A DNA stretch of 43,378 nucleotides from Batkoa obscura. Its lineage: Eukaryota. The position numbers were made by a program, and so were the translations under genes. The notes beneath the pieces are model-generated. The model did no database searches and was not told the DNA's origin. It saw only the letters and a program-made list of their open reading frames with translations. Below, one piece after another: positions 1 through 13,329 of the stretch. The stretch covers positions 1 to 43,378 of the forward strand of contig JASVEC010000139.1 in NCBI GenBank assembly GCA_030770535.1. Direction: 5' to 3'. Every line of letters starts with the position of its first letter. Positions within the stretch are counted from its first letter, which is position 1.

Positions 1-471
1 TGGAACGCGATAAGGATCCAATCCATATCATGAGTAGAAGTTACAGTAAGCATGTGAACTTGATAGTATAAGCGATAATGAGACATATAGTATAATTGTT
101 TGATAGCAACGTGTAAGTGTTATTTCCTCAAATTAGTAAATTTTACTGTACCTTATAATGCTCAGTAAAGCAGCCAGCTCAATAGAAGTAATGATATTAG
201 TAACTACCACACTAGACTTTAAAGCAAAATACCATATTGGGGTAGATATCGAAGTCTCTCTATTAGAAATCATAATGGTATTTTCAACTATTGCTATAAG
301 CAAGATGACTATTAGATAAAAGATAGTATTATTGATAACGATTATTGATCCTGTTGTTAGTTCCAAGTTATCTTTTAAGTTTAAGTTAGTACGAGTTATT
401 CTTATTATTAGTAGGTTTGCTAGTAGAGAGATTGTAGAGATTGCTATATATTCTGTGTATTCTATGCTCAT
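1..471 (-). pseudogene. Class A-like 7TM receptor pseudogene (locus A), runs off the window start
   Basis: The ORF matches TM1-TM3 of the array paralogs (LLANLLII, IWYF, SIELAALLSIIRYSKI) and stops prematurely at 133-135. Homology continues past the stop (LSLILSSSHAYCNFYS*YGLDPYRVP) with a second stop. Confidence 0.85.
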
Positions 472-892
472 TGTAGCTATCAAATTAAAAACTAAAACGA
501 TTTTTAGTTTCTGATTTACTGCTCTGTATAAAAGTATTTTAAATTATACTATGGTAATTTCCCATGCGAAATTTTATGGTTAACTTGGAAAGCAAAGATT
601 TAAAAGTAAAATGTAAAACCAAATTAGTATATGGCTAATCTTTATTTATAACAATAAAGTGCTGTTTATATATTACTATTTAGAACAAAGGTTATAATAT
701 GGCCATAATTAACTTATTATTTGTTCTTTTTGTCTTTTGTAATTTTTAAGTTGATTTTCTAAATTTTAATAGATTTTAATATTTATAAATTTATAAATTT
801 AGATGAAATTGTTAAAAATAATTGTTAGTTTCATTATTTAGAATTTTCATAACTTAGATTTTACCTTCAAAGTAACTTTAAATTAAAAATAT

Positions 893-986
893 GGAAATGT
901 TTTTTGATTTCATTATTTTCTCCATTTTTTAAGCACTATTTGAGTGGAAAGATTGTTAGTAAAATTCTTGAACAAAATACATCCCC
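893..986 (+). mobile_element. ~97-bp MITE copy 1
   Basis: GGAAATGTTTTTTGATTTCATT...ATACATCCCC; flanks ATAT/ATAC. Confidence 0.85.
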
Positions 987-1111
987 ATACATTATTTTTG
1001 ACTCAAAAAAATAATTTAATTTAGTTAATTTTTTTATATCGTAATTCATCAATAAAGTTACTGTTAATATCTGATAATTGAAACAGATAAGAGGTTTTTA
1101 AATAAATATGT

Positions 1112-3567
1112 GGGGTTGTCTGATTAGTTTCATTATTTTATCCAATTTTTGAAAAATTTTGTGTTTTAAAAACTTCGCTTAAAATTCTATAAAATCAAAT
1201 CTTTTATTAAAACAAAAGTACCCAGACACAGTTCTAAATCATTCTATTATAGTTTATACTGTAATTTAGTTGAGTTTCTACTAGATCTTAAATACATATT
1301 CTTATAAAACTTTATTGAGAAATATCTATTATCGACTGCTTTATAACCAACATTGCAGATTTGTTATCAAATAAATAAACTATTTTAATGTTGTAATTAC
1401 ATTATTAATATATTGCCAAGTTAATAAATAGCTGCATGGGAGGGAGTGGTTGGCCCCAAAACTATAATTAACCATCCCTATATAGTACAAGTAATAATAG
1501 TTTTTACATATTATTACAGTTACTTGTTCTTTGACTATTTATTAACTTAGCTACCAATAACTTAAGTAATCTTAACATTTAACAATCTATTTCTATCATT
1601 CAACAAACTACTCACTTGCTTAGTAAATATCGAAATTTTGAAATTCTCTGTTATCTTCGTAAGGTAAGCTGGGATCGATCTTTTAATTTTTCTGTTTTCT
1701 ATAGACTCTATAACTTTAATTGGGACTATATCGCTTTTTTTTGATGTATCAAATACTGGATAACAATGTAGTTTATTGTTATGTTTAATAAAATGTAAAT
1801 ACTTCTTAATGCCTTGGGTCTCTATTATTCTTTTTGTATTTTTGTTTCTTTTATACTTTTTAAAAATTATATCTGTTTTCCCATTATTAACAGTCGAGTT
1901 ATTAATTTTATTATGCTCGCAAATAAAAGCCTCAAATCTTGAAATTAATTGATTGATATCTTTTATTTTACCTAACACTTCAAAACTACTTTTCCATTTT
2001 GAAAGGTTTCCAAAATGTCTATCAACTATACTTTTTCCACGATGCTCAGCAAAAGAATTAAGATTAACATTCAAACTACTATTTATTTTATGAATTTCTT
2101 TAAACATATAGTGTAGAAACTCTTGGGATCTAAAATGATTTCCTGTATCTGCCCATATATTAATTTTTGTAAACTTTTTAAATAGAAGCTCTGTAGAGAT
2201 TAAATCGATTAAACAATCTCCTGCATATGCTGAATCATGATTTAATATTTCAGATAAATAATCAAAGTAAACTTTGCCTATTGTTTTATCATCTTTCAAA
2301 CATAAAACACCAAAACCTAATACTGATATAGCTTGTTTATTATAATGATCTAGATTTATTGAATCTGGTCTTGTTCCTATTTCCATATTTTGTTTAAAAT
2401 CTAAAACTTATTATACAACTTTTGTTATTTAATTTTTTGATAGTTTCATTAAATGTGTTTTTTTGAGTATCAACACAGAATTTATGTAATTTGTATAATT
2501 TTTCTTCTTCGTTGAAAATTTCTTTTATCTCTGCTTTGTTTTTTGCTGTATTTATTTTATTTTCAAATAACTTTTTTCTAACTGTATACTGGGCACGTAT
2601 ATTACATAGATCCGTTTTTCTTGATGGATTTTTAAAATTACTTGGTATATATTTAAAAAATGTTGATCTAGCTACTGCTTTATCTCTTAGATCATTCAAA
2701 TATTTACTATATATCATTCTTCTACTTTTATTTAATATATATATATTATCTGATGAATATTTACTATCGTTATTTTTTTTAATTAAATCTTGATGAAATA
2801 GTTGAATCATTTAGTAAATATTGTATAATAGTTTCAATTTGTCATCTTTAATTTTTTTTGTATTTTTAATAATAGGTTTTAATGTTGATATTTTATTATT
2901 ATTACTTGTTTTTGAATAATCATATTGATTTCTATTTATATTAAACCCAAAACTCTTACATTCATCAAAAGAATATACTGAAGCTATAGTTGATAATAAC
3001 GCTACTTGTTGATTTTTGTTTCCTGTTTCCCTCAAAGCACTGATTTTATACGTTGCTTGATTAAGTTTATTATCGATAGTAAACTTTGATAATATATCTT
3101 CTCTTCATTTTGTTTTATTATAAAATTCCATAAACCTTGGGTTGTTATAAGTAGCTCTTAAAATTGATGTAAATGAATTACAATGTTTATATTGTGTACT
3201 CCTCCCTATCGTATTGAAATTTTCAAAAAATTGATTTCGAAGTTTAGTTATGAAAGTTTGCATTTTATTTTTATTTCAACAAAAAATAAAGTCAAATAAA
3301 GTCAAATAAGTATATAATATGTATTTATATAATTATATAATCATATAGTTATATATTATATATCTGTTAAATACCTAATAGAACTAATATAAAGTACATA
3401 ATTAGGAAAATTAGCTATTTAAGAAAAGGAAACAATTAAAATAAGTTTTAAATAGAGACATTTAACTTTAGACTTTTTAGATTTAACCGTTATATTGGAC
3501 ACAAATTTAAAATTTTAAAATTTGGATTAATTTCTAAGTAAATTCTGAAACCAATTAGGACAGCCCC
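1112..3567 (-). mobile_element. Sola2-like DNA transposon, full-length but frameshifted copy
   Basis: Near-identical inverted copy of 29902-32365. Ends are GGGGTTGTC (1112) and GACAGCCCC (3567); flanks ATGT/ATAT. The transposase is broken into ORFs 2811-3035, 2394-2810 and 1562-2386, with CNIC->CNIR, HHGK->HRGK and DGH->DRH changes. Confidence 0.9.
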
Positions 3568-4107
3568 ATATTCTTTTAATAAATGATAACTATTTTTAAA
3601 TATAGCATGAGTTTGAATAAAAGCACTAATTAACATTTAAATTCAAGACAAAGTAGTAAAAAAAATTACTAGACTGGATAGTAATAATGATGCTTTAAAG
3701 TACAATGATGAGCTTAGAATAAAAATAGTTATCCTGAGGACTTTTTTAAAAAATAATATAGATTTTGGATTGTTGATGTTATAATAACTAGCAAGATGGA
3801 ATGTATAAATAAGTCAAGTCAAAGAACTTGAAAATAATGTTGTCAGTTACAATGTTTATGACTATGATATGTACGATCAATAGAGAAGAATGAAATGTAC
3901 AGTAATTCAACAATGATCAATAACACTATTAGTGAAATGATTAATACAAAATAATGATATTAATAATATGGAAACAAAAGATAAAAAGCAACTAAAAAAG
4001 TTATTTTAAAAAGAACAGTATGATAGTTTTTATTATCTCATAACAAGTGATATATTAAACATTCAATAAAATAATTGAACTCTTATTTTATTTGAAAAAA
4101 ACTATTT

Positions 4108-4186
4108 GAGGATGTATTTTTTATTTAAAAGTTTTAAATAGCGCTTAGAAAATAGAAAAAGTGGTGAAGCTAAAAAAAGTATCCCC
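4108..4186 (-). mobile_element. MITE copy 2 (internally deleted), at the 3' end of receptor pseudogene B
   Basis: GAGGATGTATTTT...GTATCCCC; perfect TSD ATTT (4104-4107 / 4187-4190). Confidence 0.85.
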
Positions 4187-4190
4187 ATTT

Positions 4191-5222
4191 TAATTTGGAC
4201 ATTTAAACATTTTTGAATTGATTGATGGACTAATAAAATAAAACAAGATGAAGTAAACCCTAGACAAAGCAAAAAGTAATTGGTCCAAATAACAATATTT
4301 ATATTAGGATTTGTTTGTATTACGCTTAATAAGGTTGCTATCAGATCTGGTGATAAAGATAATATATAGTCTACTAATACGACACTCATTTTAATGACTA
4401 ATTTGGCTTTTTTAATCTTAATTGACTAACTATTGATGCCTGAGATTCATCTAAACATAGTTAAAGTATGCCTCTTTGCTTTTTTTGTGTTTCAGTCACT
4501 ATTTTAATTCCTCTATTGATTACAAAATAATATCGTACATCATTGTTAGTGGTATCACTATTAGATTGGTTGTTTCTAAGACGTAAACTTAATCCGTTAA
4601 AATAAAACCAAAAACAATAGAGGAGCCCATTATTCTAAGGTAAGAAAAAGTAATATTGGTATGAAAAAAAACAAACAAGTAATCATGGTGATATTCTTGA
4701 TGAACTAATGACATAAAAAAGAAAAGAAAATTTATCATCTTTTCAATATTAATACTTGGTAAACGATAAAAGTTGAATTCTTGCCGTGTATATGAACTAA
4801 GTTAACATGTAAATCAGACACTATAATTAATGATGTTGGAGATAGTACTGATAATAAGTAATGATACATTGTATTTACTTGTCTATGTAAATAAATTTTA
4901 CAGTATTCTATAGTACTTAAGAAGCCAGATAACTCAACAGAAATAATAATGGTAGTGCTTACTACACTAAAATTTAAAGGATAGTATCAAGTTGGATTGG
5001 ATACTTATAGCTTACTATCGACTGTTATGTTGTTTTCAGAAATCATTCCACGTAAATGATGATTACATAGAAAGTAATATTGTTAAACGTTAACATTGGT
5101 GTTAATATTAATTCTAAATTGTTTTTTAGTGATGATTCAATTGGGATTATACTAATTATCAATAGGCTTATTAATAGAGAAATTACTGATATCGTCAAAT
5201 AAATAATGAATTCTATATTCAT
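4191..5222 (-). pseudogene. Class A-like 7TM receptor pseudogene (locus B)
   Basis: N-terminal ORF MNIEFIIYLTISVISLLISLL stops at 5043. The C-terminal piece reads YILSLSPD...CLGFTSSCFILLVHQSIQKC. Stops and frameshifts lie between the two pieces. Confidence 0.9.
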
Positions 5223-5312
5223 TGCTATCATAAAGTTACAAGCATTGTTTTTGAAATTAATCTCATTCATTTATCAATGTTCTAATTAATTATGAGGGTT
5301 AGTTTTTTTATT

Positions 5313-5493
5313 CATATAACAATATAGGCAATTGATATAGACGGCAATAAAGTAGACTTTTATCAGATAGTCGATTTTGATTATATCTAATAATGAAGAG
5401 GATTCGAAATGCTTGATTTTGGCAAATCAAGATTAGCTATCTAATAAGGGTCTACTTTATTATCGCCTATATCAATTGGCTATATTGTTATAG
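5313..5493. mobile_element. ~180-bp hairpin (foldback) MITE-like element
   Basis: The ~70-bp arm TATAACAATATAGGCAATTGATATAGACGGCAATAAAGTAGAC... (from 5315) pairs imperfectly with ...GTCTACTTTATTATCGCCTATATCAATTGGCTATATTGTTATA (to 5492). It is absent from the homologous upstream region of locus J (~26150). Confidence 0.7.
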
Positions 5494-7094
5494 TATCCTT
5501 TTAAATTAATTTAGGTCGTAAAAAAATTATGAACTGGTTTTTTATTGTATAATTGTAGCCTAAAATATGAGAATTCTTTGTTTTTAAAAATGCAAAGCCC
5601 TTAAGTTCTTATATAAAAAAGCAGTGGTTAAAAAGGAATGTAAGCTTCTATCTTTGAAATTTGGAATTTGGCTTATCAATTGCTCAAACAAGTTCATTTT
5701 CATATGAAACTCCTATTTAACAAAAAACAGATATAGTATAGATAAGTTAGGTTTTCAAAGTCTTTAAAAAAATCAACATAATCTATTTGTTTAAAGACTA
5801 GATAAAAAGAGAGATATTTTTACATCCAAAAGCAGCTTATATTTTAACTTAACATCACTATAAAAGTATTGGCTAGAATCCTTTATATTTTGAAAGAATT
5901 CCAAAACCTTGAGTGATTTATTAACAACAAATTGATGAATGTATCATAGGAGAGGAAAGAAACGTCATAAAATGAGCATTTTTTTCAATCTTCTTTCATC
6001 TAATCAGATTTTCGTTTATTTGAAATTGCCAACCTAATCAACCCTTACTCCGCAGATAAAGAGCACACTGAATTAGCTACATTTCCTTCTACAATGGAAA
6101 CGCTGACTAAAGTTTAGATAAAGAAAATAGAACGTTGAAATTCAGTAACGAGTTTTATGATAAAGATGATCCTTTAAAAAATAATGATAATATCAGAATG
6201 GATGTGATCCCGTTTGCCATGTATGATAGCACACTCTTTAAAAAAATAAATAGTTATGAAATTATTAGCACTTATATTAATGACAAATAAAATGAAAGAA
6301 TAGCGAGAGACAGACAAAGTAGCTAAAAAATAACCTATAAATTATTAAGTTCGTAGCCTCAAGATATTAAGTAAAAAATGGTATGTAATTTATGGGAGGT
6401 AATAATGGCCGATGATGAAACTATTGAAATGATTCTAACATGATATTGATGATAGTAGTACCATATCAATACTAAATAAAAAGAAAAAATTGTATTGAGA
6501 AGGTCGTATCGTTGATATAATTAAGCTATTTTTTGAGGAAAGATTACTATAAAACTTGTTTTTTTAAGGGTATATCCCAAGTATTTTACTTGCAAAAATA
6601 AACTTAATTAAAATGAGTTAATACATACTTCTATTGATGGATGGGCTCCAATAAGTGAGATTTTCCTTCCAGTAAGCTTCTACTTAATAAAAGACAGATT
6701 CAAAAAGAGCCAATTGCTTTTATTTTGCAAAATGGTACCACTAATATATGTTAGTGGTGAGAATTAAAGGTAATATGTATATATGAATATCTTACCTGGA
6801 AAGCTGCAAAGCTTTTGTAAATGATCCAAACATCAGCCTAAAATATAAAAGCTTAAGAAAATAGATACACATAACTTAGATTTTTAAATATTTTTGAGAA
6901 ATCATCTAACAAATGGATAATAGATGAAAAAAAGTTAATGTATCTTTAGTAAAAAGAACTGTATGTAGATGCTAGTGGAGAATAAGTAAACAATGTAAAA
7001 GTGTGTGAAAACCTACAACTAAGTGAATAAAAACGAGGATTGATTTTTACAAAAGGACATGTGTTTATGTAAATAAGCGAATAATAGATCAATA

Positions 7095-8186
7095 TCAATG
7101 AGTCAATTTTAATGAGTTCAAAAAATATCTTTGAATAGGTTGATGGATCAATAAGATAAAACATGACGAGGTAAACCCTAAGCATAACACCAAGCAGTTG
7201 GAATAAAAAGTAATATGCATAAAGTTCATCTCGGCAAAATTTAATATACCTATTATTAGATCTGGTAATAAACATAGTATATAGCCTATGACTATTACAC
7301 TCATTTTTACAACCAGTTTGATTTTTTTAAACTTTAACTGGTCAGCTGTCAATAGATGAGATTCATTTATTTCTAGTTGAAGCATACTTTCTTGATTTTG
7401 TTGCGTTAATGCTAGCCTATTTGATTTCCTATTAATTATGAATTTATATTGTGTGTTATTATCATTCTTACTATTCAGTTGATAACTATTGAAATAAAAA
7501 TTAGAGTTTGTAGCAGTAACATTAGACGTAATAATGGGGTTCATTATTTTAAAGTAAGCAAGGGTGATATTTATATAACAGAAACATATTGTAACTAAAC
7601 ATATTAAGATTCTCAAAGTGTAAATGCAGCAGTGAAATATAAGATAAGTCATATTGTTTTTTTCAATATTGGCACTCAATTCACAATAAAAGTTGGCTTC
7701 GTACCATGAATATGAATTATAATAACCATGCAGGCTAGATAATACAAGTGATAATATAAATGATAGCACTGATAATAGATAATATTTTATTGGTATTGTT
7801 CGCTTAAACAAGCAAATTTTACTGTATCTTACAAAACTTAATAATGCAACTAGGTCAATGGAAGTACCAATGGTAGTAGTTACTATGCTGAGATTTAAAG
7901 TACAATACCAAACTGGATCGGATAGTAATAGCTCATTGTTGAAATTTATAACATTATACTCAAGCGCTATTATGTCAAATATAACATATATGTATAGAAT
8001 GGTATCAGTGATTGTTATTATTAGTATTAATATTGACTCTAAATTGTTTTTTATAGTCAGTTTAGTTATAATTATACTAGTTATCAATAAGTTTATCAAT
8101 AACGAAACTACTGATATGATTAAATAAATTATACGTTCTATGTTCATTGTTATAAAGACAATGTTCAATTTTTCTATTATCTCCAT
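7095..8186 (-). CDS. Class A (rhodopsin-like) 7TM GPCR, intronless (locus C); start may be the MNIE Met at 8147
   Basis: 363-aa ORF with 7 hydrophobic segments. TM1 N, TM2 D, WYC exactly 25 residues before the R of LSFVRY, ECL2 FYC, TM5 CFCY, TM6 YILCLLPD, TM7 GFTSSCFILLIHQP. Confidence 0.9.
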   Translation of the reverse strand: MEIIEKLNIVFITMNIERIIYLIISVVSLLINLLITSIIITKLTIKNNLESILILIITITDTILYIYVIFDIIALEYNVINFNNELLLSDPVWYCTLNLSIVTTTIGTSIDLVALLSFVRYSKICLFKRTIPIKYYLLSVLSFILSLVLSSLHGYYNSYSWYEANFYCELSANIEKNNMTYLIFHCCIYTLRILICLVTICFCYINITLAYFKIMNPIITSNVTATNSNFYFNSYQLNSKNDNNTQYKFIINRKSNRLALTQQNQESMLQLEINESHLLTADQLKFKKIKLVVKMSVIVIGYILCLLPDLIIGILNFAEMNFMHITFYSNCLVLCLGFTSSCFILLIHQPIQRYFLNSLKLTH

Positions 8187-8411
8187 TTATCAATGCTTCA
8201 ACTTAGTCATGCAATTTGAAATTATTATCTAAAAACTAATTAATTCTAGAGAGGGTTTACTGGTAGATTAGTATCGCATTTTGGCTGATATGCATATATT
8301 CCCTTTTATTATGGCTAACAAGACACTTGGGGCTTTCGCATTTCAAAAGGGTAAAATACTAAAAAGTCGATTTGAATTAGGAATTATTGCTAAAATATTA
8401 TGATTTTATAT

Positions 8412-8511
8412 GGGGGTGTTTTTTTTTTACTTCATTACTTTTTCCATCTTTTAAGCGTTATTTGAGCGGAAAATTTGCTAGTAAAACTCTTAAACACAAA
8501 AATACATCACC
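8412..8511 (+). mobile_element. MITE copy 3
   Basis: GGGGGTGTTTTT...ATACATCACC; perfect TSD ATAT. Confidence 0.9.
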
Positions 8512-8849
8512 ATATCCTTAAATGAGGTAAAAAGCCTTTAAGTGCTTTATTAACATGTAAAGTAAAAAATTAATTAACATAAAGAAGAAAGCTCAAAAAT
8601 GATAGCAAGTTTCTGCCCATACTACACATCATTGCTCGAAGTAAGTTTTACATAAACTTGTTTTCCACGTAACTTTCATAAAGGAGTATAAAGTTTTACA
8701 AAATAATTTTCAAGTGTTATTAAAAAAGTAAGAATAGGTGTTTATTTGGAAATCAAATAAAATGACATCTATTTTTCTATATAACATGAGTTTGGATAAG
8801 AGTTTATTAGCAACATAAAGGCATTGATTGGGTTTTAAAGTCAATATAC

Positions 8850-8944
8850 GAGGATATATTTTTTTACTTAAGGATCTTACTAACAATCTTTCCGCTCAAA
8901 TAGCGTTTAAAAAATAGAAAAAGTAATGAAACTAAAATATCCTC
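8850..8944 (-). mobile_element. MITE copy 4
   Basis: GAGGATATATTTT...AATATCCTC; flanks ATAC/ATAT. Confidence 0.85.
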
Positions 8945-9431
8945 ATATAATAGTAAGAGGAGTTAATAAGCTAAACAATCATGCTGATGCTTCAAAGGGC
9001 TATAGTAAGGCTTTAATGAAAAATCATATCAGTCATAATCCGTTTTAAAATAAATATATTTACAAAATTGACATCTTTTATCTTAATAGCTGATAAGATG
9101 AAAGCAGCAAAAGAGAAATATAGGATAGCCGAAAACTAAACCAATGATTTTGGAGTTTGTGACTTTGATATAAGAAAGAAATATGAAAGAACATATAATT
9201 TTAGTGATTGGATATTAGCTAATAATATTATTTATATAATGGTTTGTACAGTGATTTGTGCTTAATACTGACGATAATGGTATCAAGGTAGAAATAACAA
9301 GAAAGTAAATAAAAAGTAAACATAAAAAGTTAAGATAATATAATTTTATTATCTCAGCAGAAAAACAACTCATTCTAATAAATAAACAAAATTTACTTGT
9401 TACTCAAATAAGAAAATAGTAGTATTAAACT

Positions 9432-10490
9432 TTAATGACTAAATTTCAAGCATTTGAAGAAACACTTTTGAATCGGTTGATGGATCAATAATATAAAGCA
9501 TGAGGAGGTAAACCCTAAACATAGTAAAAAACAATTAGAATAAAAACTAGTATGTATATCATAGTTTGTCTCTGTTAAACTTAATAAAGTTACTGTTAAA
9601 TCCGGTAATAAACTTAACATGTAAAATGTTACTACCAGGCCTATCTTTAAGGCTACTTTAATCTTTTCTAATCTTAATCGACTAGTTGTTAGTGGCTGGA
9701 ATTCATTTAGATATATTGGAAGGATGGTGCCTTGGTTTTTTTGTGTTGTCATTGTTACCTTTATTTCGCCATTAACTACAATATCATATTGCACGTTATT
9801 ATTATCGTTATTGCCATTAAACCGACTGCTATTAATAAATAAATTTGGTTTTGTAGTGTTGTCATCAAAGACAATAGAAGGGTTTAATATTCTAAAATAG
9901 GCAACAGCAATACTAAAATAACAAAAGCAAATAACGAAAAAGCAGGGTAAAATTCTAAATGAATAAACTGAATAAAAAAATACAAAATAAATTGTATTGT
10001 CCTTCTGAATATCAATACTTGGTAAGCAATAAAAATCCACCTTATCCCATGAATAAGAATTATGATAGCTAAATAAACTAGACAATACAAGCGACAACAC
10101 AATCGATATTGCCATTAATAAATGACATCTCATCGGCGTTATTTCTTTAAATAAACAAATTTTTACGTATCTTATAATTCCTAATAAAGCAGATAACTCA
10201 ATGGAGGTAACAATAGTAGTGGATATAAGACTAAAATTTAAGACACAATACCAAGTTGGGTTGGATATGAGTAGCTCATTATCAACTGCAATTATGTTAT
10301 ATTCAACCATTGCTAGGTGTGAAATGACAGTTAAATAAAAAATAATATCGTTTATAGCTATTGTTGAAATCATTACCAATTCTAAATTATTTTTTAGTCT
10401 TAATTTAGCTAGTATTATACTGATTATTGATATGTTTATTAGTATTGAAATCGTTGAGACTATAAAATAAGTTATATATTCTATGTTCAT
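9432..10490 (-). CDS. Class A-like 7TM GPCR (locus D)
   Basis: 352 aa with the same motif set (IND, WYC..IIRY, FYCLP, CFCY, LSLLPD, GFTSSCFILLIHQPIQ). Confidence 0.92.
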   Translation of the reverse strand: MNIEYITYFIVSTISILINISIISIILAKLRLKNNLELVMISTIAINDIIFYLTVISHLAMVEYNIIAVDNELLISNPTWYCVLNFSLISTTIVTSIELSALLGIIRYVKICLFKEITPMRCHLLMAISIVLSLVLSSLFSYHNSYSWDKVDFYCLPSIDIQKDNTIYFVFFYSVYSFRILPCFFVICFCYFSIAVAYFRILNPSIVFDDNTTKPNLFINSSRFNGNNDNNNVQYDIVVNGEIKVTMTTQKNQGTILPIYLNEFQPLTTSRLRLEKIKVALKIGLVVTFYMLSLLPDLTVTLLSLTETNYDIHTSFYSNCFLLCLGFTSSCFILLIHQPIQKCFFKCLKFSH

Positions 10491-11538
10491 TATTATTGTA
10501 AAAGTTAAAATTAATTAAAATTGCTACACTTTTCATTTATAAACTGTCTCGAATTATTGTATTCTCTTATTCACTTAGTCAGCCTTACTTTCGTATTTTG
10601 CTCCTTTGAGTGGTTTCCTCTTACCCTTATTGCTTTACCTTTTGATGTTTTTTGCATGAATAAAAAATTGTCATAATGGGTAAAAGCCGAAAAAATGTTT
10701 CAAATTGATAATACTCTTTAAAACTATAATTAAAAAGAAATTTTAGGCTATGTAAAACTTTGATTTTCTTATATTGGAAATATCGCTAAATAATTATATG
10801 ATTTTATATTCTCAAGAAAGTTCAAATGGCTATTGATATATAGAAGCTGAAAGGACTATAAATTCAACGAAGAACAAGGGTTAAAAAGGATGACTTCCTA
10901 CTACCATTGCTTATTATTAACCCAGTGTGGTTCCGACAAATACATTTTTCCTTGCAGGTTTCATTAAAAAGGATAAAATTTATATGAACTAGCTTTTTGA
11001 ATACCAGTAAAAAAGCATGGAGTTTATTGTTTAAAAGCTAAAGTATACAGCTATTTTTACAAACAGAGTTAGTTTAAATAGAGACAGCAACAGAGGAATC
11101 AACTAGGATTTAAACCCAATATTAGTGTTAAAATAATTAACAAATGGATGAAGAGGATGCTCTAAAAAATAATGATGAAATTGGAACGAAAAGTCGCTAT
11201 CAGTGATGTCACGCTTTTAAAACAAACATGGTTATAGAAGTGTATTTTTAGTAGCTAAAATGAAGTTAACCAGAGAGAAAGGATAAAATACCCAGAAAAT
11301 TAATCAATGTGTATGAAGTTTGTGACTTTAACATAACTAGTAAAAATAAGAACATGTGGATTTAAAATAATTTGATAGTGGTTGGCAGCACTCTAGTAGA
11401 ATTGTTTGTGATATGACATTGGTAATAATGCCATTACGGAAAAAAACAATAGTATTTTTTTTTTAATTGTTTCAGAAAAAATCTTATTGAAAGGCTTTAG
11501 TCAAGTAAAAAAAAACAATAAAGGTTAACAGTAATACT

Positions 11539-12591
11539 TTATTTTAATTTCAAACATTTAAAGAAACACTTTTGAATAGGCCGATGGATTAATAAGATAA
11601 AACAAGAAGAAGTAAACCCTAAGCATAAAATAAAACAGTTTGAGTAAAAGGTAGTTTGCATATTGAAATTCGTCTTTGTTAAACTTAATAATGTTATTGT
11701 TACATCTGGCAATAAGCATACTATATAACATACTATTATCAAGCTTATTTTCAAGATTAACATAACTTTTTTCAACCTTAATTGATTGACTGTTGGTGAC
11801 TGAGATTCACTTGAATTTATTTGAGTGATGCTTCCCTGTTTTTGCGATTCTACCATCGACTTGTTGCTTTCTCCCTTAATTGTTAGTTTATATTGTATAA
11901 GACCACTACCCTCATTATTAAGTTGATAGTTGTTAATGCGTGAATTTGAATCTATTGCTGTAGTGTTAAGAACAATCGAAGGGTTCATTATTCTAAAATA
12001 TGCAATCATAATATTTGAATAACAAAAGCAGACGATGAGTAGACAAATCAAAACTCTTAGTGAGTAGATAGTGTAAAATAATGTAAAATAAGTTGTATTA
12101 TCTTTCTCAACGTCAATACTTGGTACACAATAATAGTCTAATTCGTACCACGAATAAGAGTTGTAATAACTGTGGAAACCAGATAATATAAGCGATAATG
12201 CCACAGATATTAATACACATATATAATAACGCATTGGTTTTACTTGTTTAAATAAACAGATTTTATTGTATCTTATAATACTCAATAAAGCAGCTAATTC
12301 AATAGAAGTAACAACGGTTGTGACTATCAGGCTAAAGTCCAAAGCACAATACCAAGTTGGACTAGATACTAGTAGCCCATTGTTAACTGAAATCATTTGA
12401 AACTCGACTCCTATTATATGTGAGATGGCTACTATGGAATAAATAATGTCATTGATGGCGATTATTGATATTATTATTAGTTCTAAATTGTTTCTTAATT
12501 TTATTTTAAACAAGATTATACTGCCTATTAACAAGTTTATTACAATAGATATTATAGATATTATTAAATAAACAATATATTCTGTTCTCAT
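11539..12591 (-). CDS. Class A-like 7TM GPCR (locus E)
   Basis: 350 aa with IND, WYCALD..IIRY, YYCVP, CFCY, CLLPD, GFTSSCFILLIHRP. Confidence 0.92.
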   Translation of the reverse strand: MRTEYIVYLIISIISIVINLLIGSIILFKIKLRNNLELIIISIIAINDIIYSIVAISHIIGVEFQMISVNNGLLVSSPTWYCALDFSLIVTTVVTSIELAALLSIIRYNKICLFKQVKPMRYYICVLISVALSLILSGFHSYYNSYSWYELDYYCVPSIDVEKDNTTYFTLFYTIYSLRVLICLLIVCFCYSNIMIAYFRIMNPSIVLNTTAIDSNSRINNYQLNNEGSGLIQYKLTIKGESNKSMVESQKQGSITQINSSESQSPTVNQLRLKKVMLILKISLIIVCYIVCLLPDVTITLLSLTKTNFNMQTTFYSNCFILCLGFTSSCFILLIHRPIQKCFFKCLKLK

Positions 12592-13231
12592 TATTGTTTT
12601 AAAATAAAAACCCTAAAAAACCATTGTTTTGTTTATCATTTAAAAGTGCCTTATATTATCTATTCAAAATCTTGATTAATTTGTGTCGATCCTTTTATAT
12701 TATAGTTGCTTTAGTTTTTTTGTGACTTATTTAATGGCTCATTTTAATAAAACTATTTTAAAAGTTGGTTCAAGTATTAATGGTCGATATTTAAAAAATC
12801 AGGTGTGTAAGTAATTCAACTTAAAAATTATTGTTAAAAAAGCCATAGAAGAGCTGCAACAGCCGTATTAATCATCGCTGAAATTACTATTACTCTTTTA
12901 TATCCTTAGAGATGAAAAACTTAAATAATTTGTTGAAAAATAAGTAAAAAAGAAATTAACAAAGAAGCGAGAGGGTTAGAATCTAGTATTTTTCTTTTTT
13001 TTTGCCACTTATTACCAGTATAGCGTTTTTATCTTGATTTAGTTAGAATGTGAAATATTGTTGGTTAGTATGATTGAATCAAGCTTACTATTCACTATCT
13101 GTATAAAAATTCTAGTAAACTCAGCAAGCTTAACACTCAAATTGGTAAACAAATTATATATAGTGAAAAATTTAAAAAGTTAACAAAGTTAAAATGGAAG
13201 TGCTATATAATCATAGTCTAAGTGAATGTAT

Positions 13232-13329
13232 GGGAATATATTTTTGTGTTCAAGAATTTTATTAACAATCCTTCTACTCAAATAGTGCTCAAAAGATGAA
13301 AAAGTAATGAAATCAAAAAAAACATCCAC
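13232..13329 (-). mobile_element. MITE copy 5
   Basis: GGGAATATATTTTTG...AACATCCAC; perfect TSD GTAT. Confidence 0.9.
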
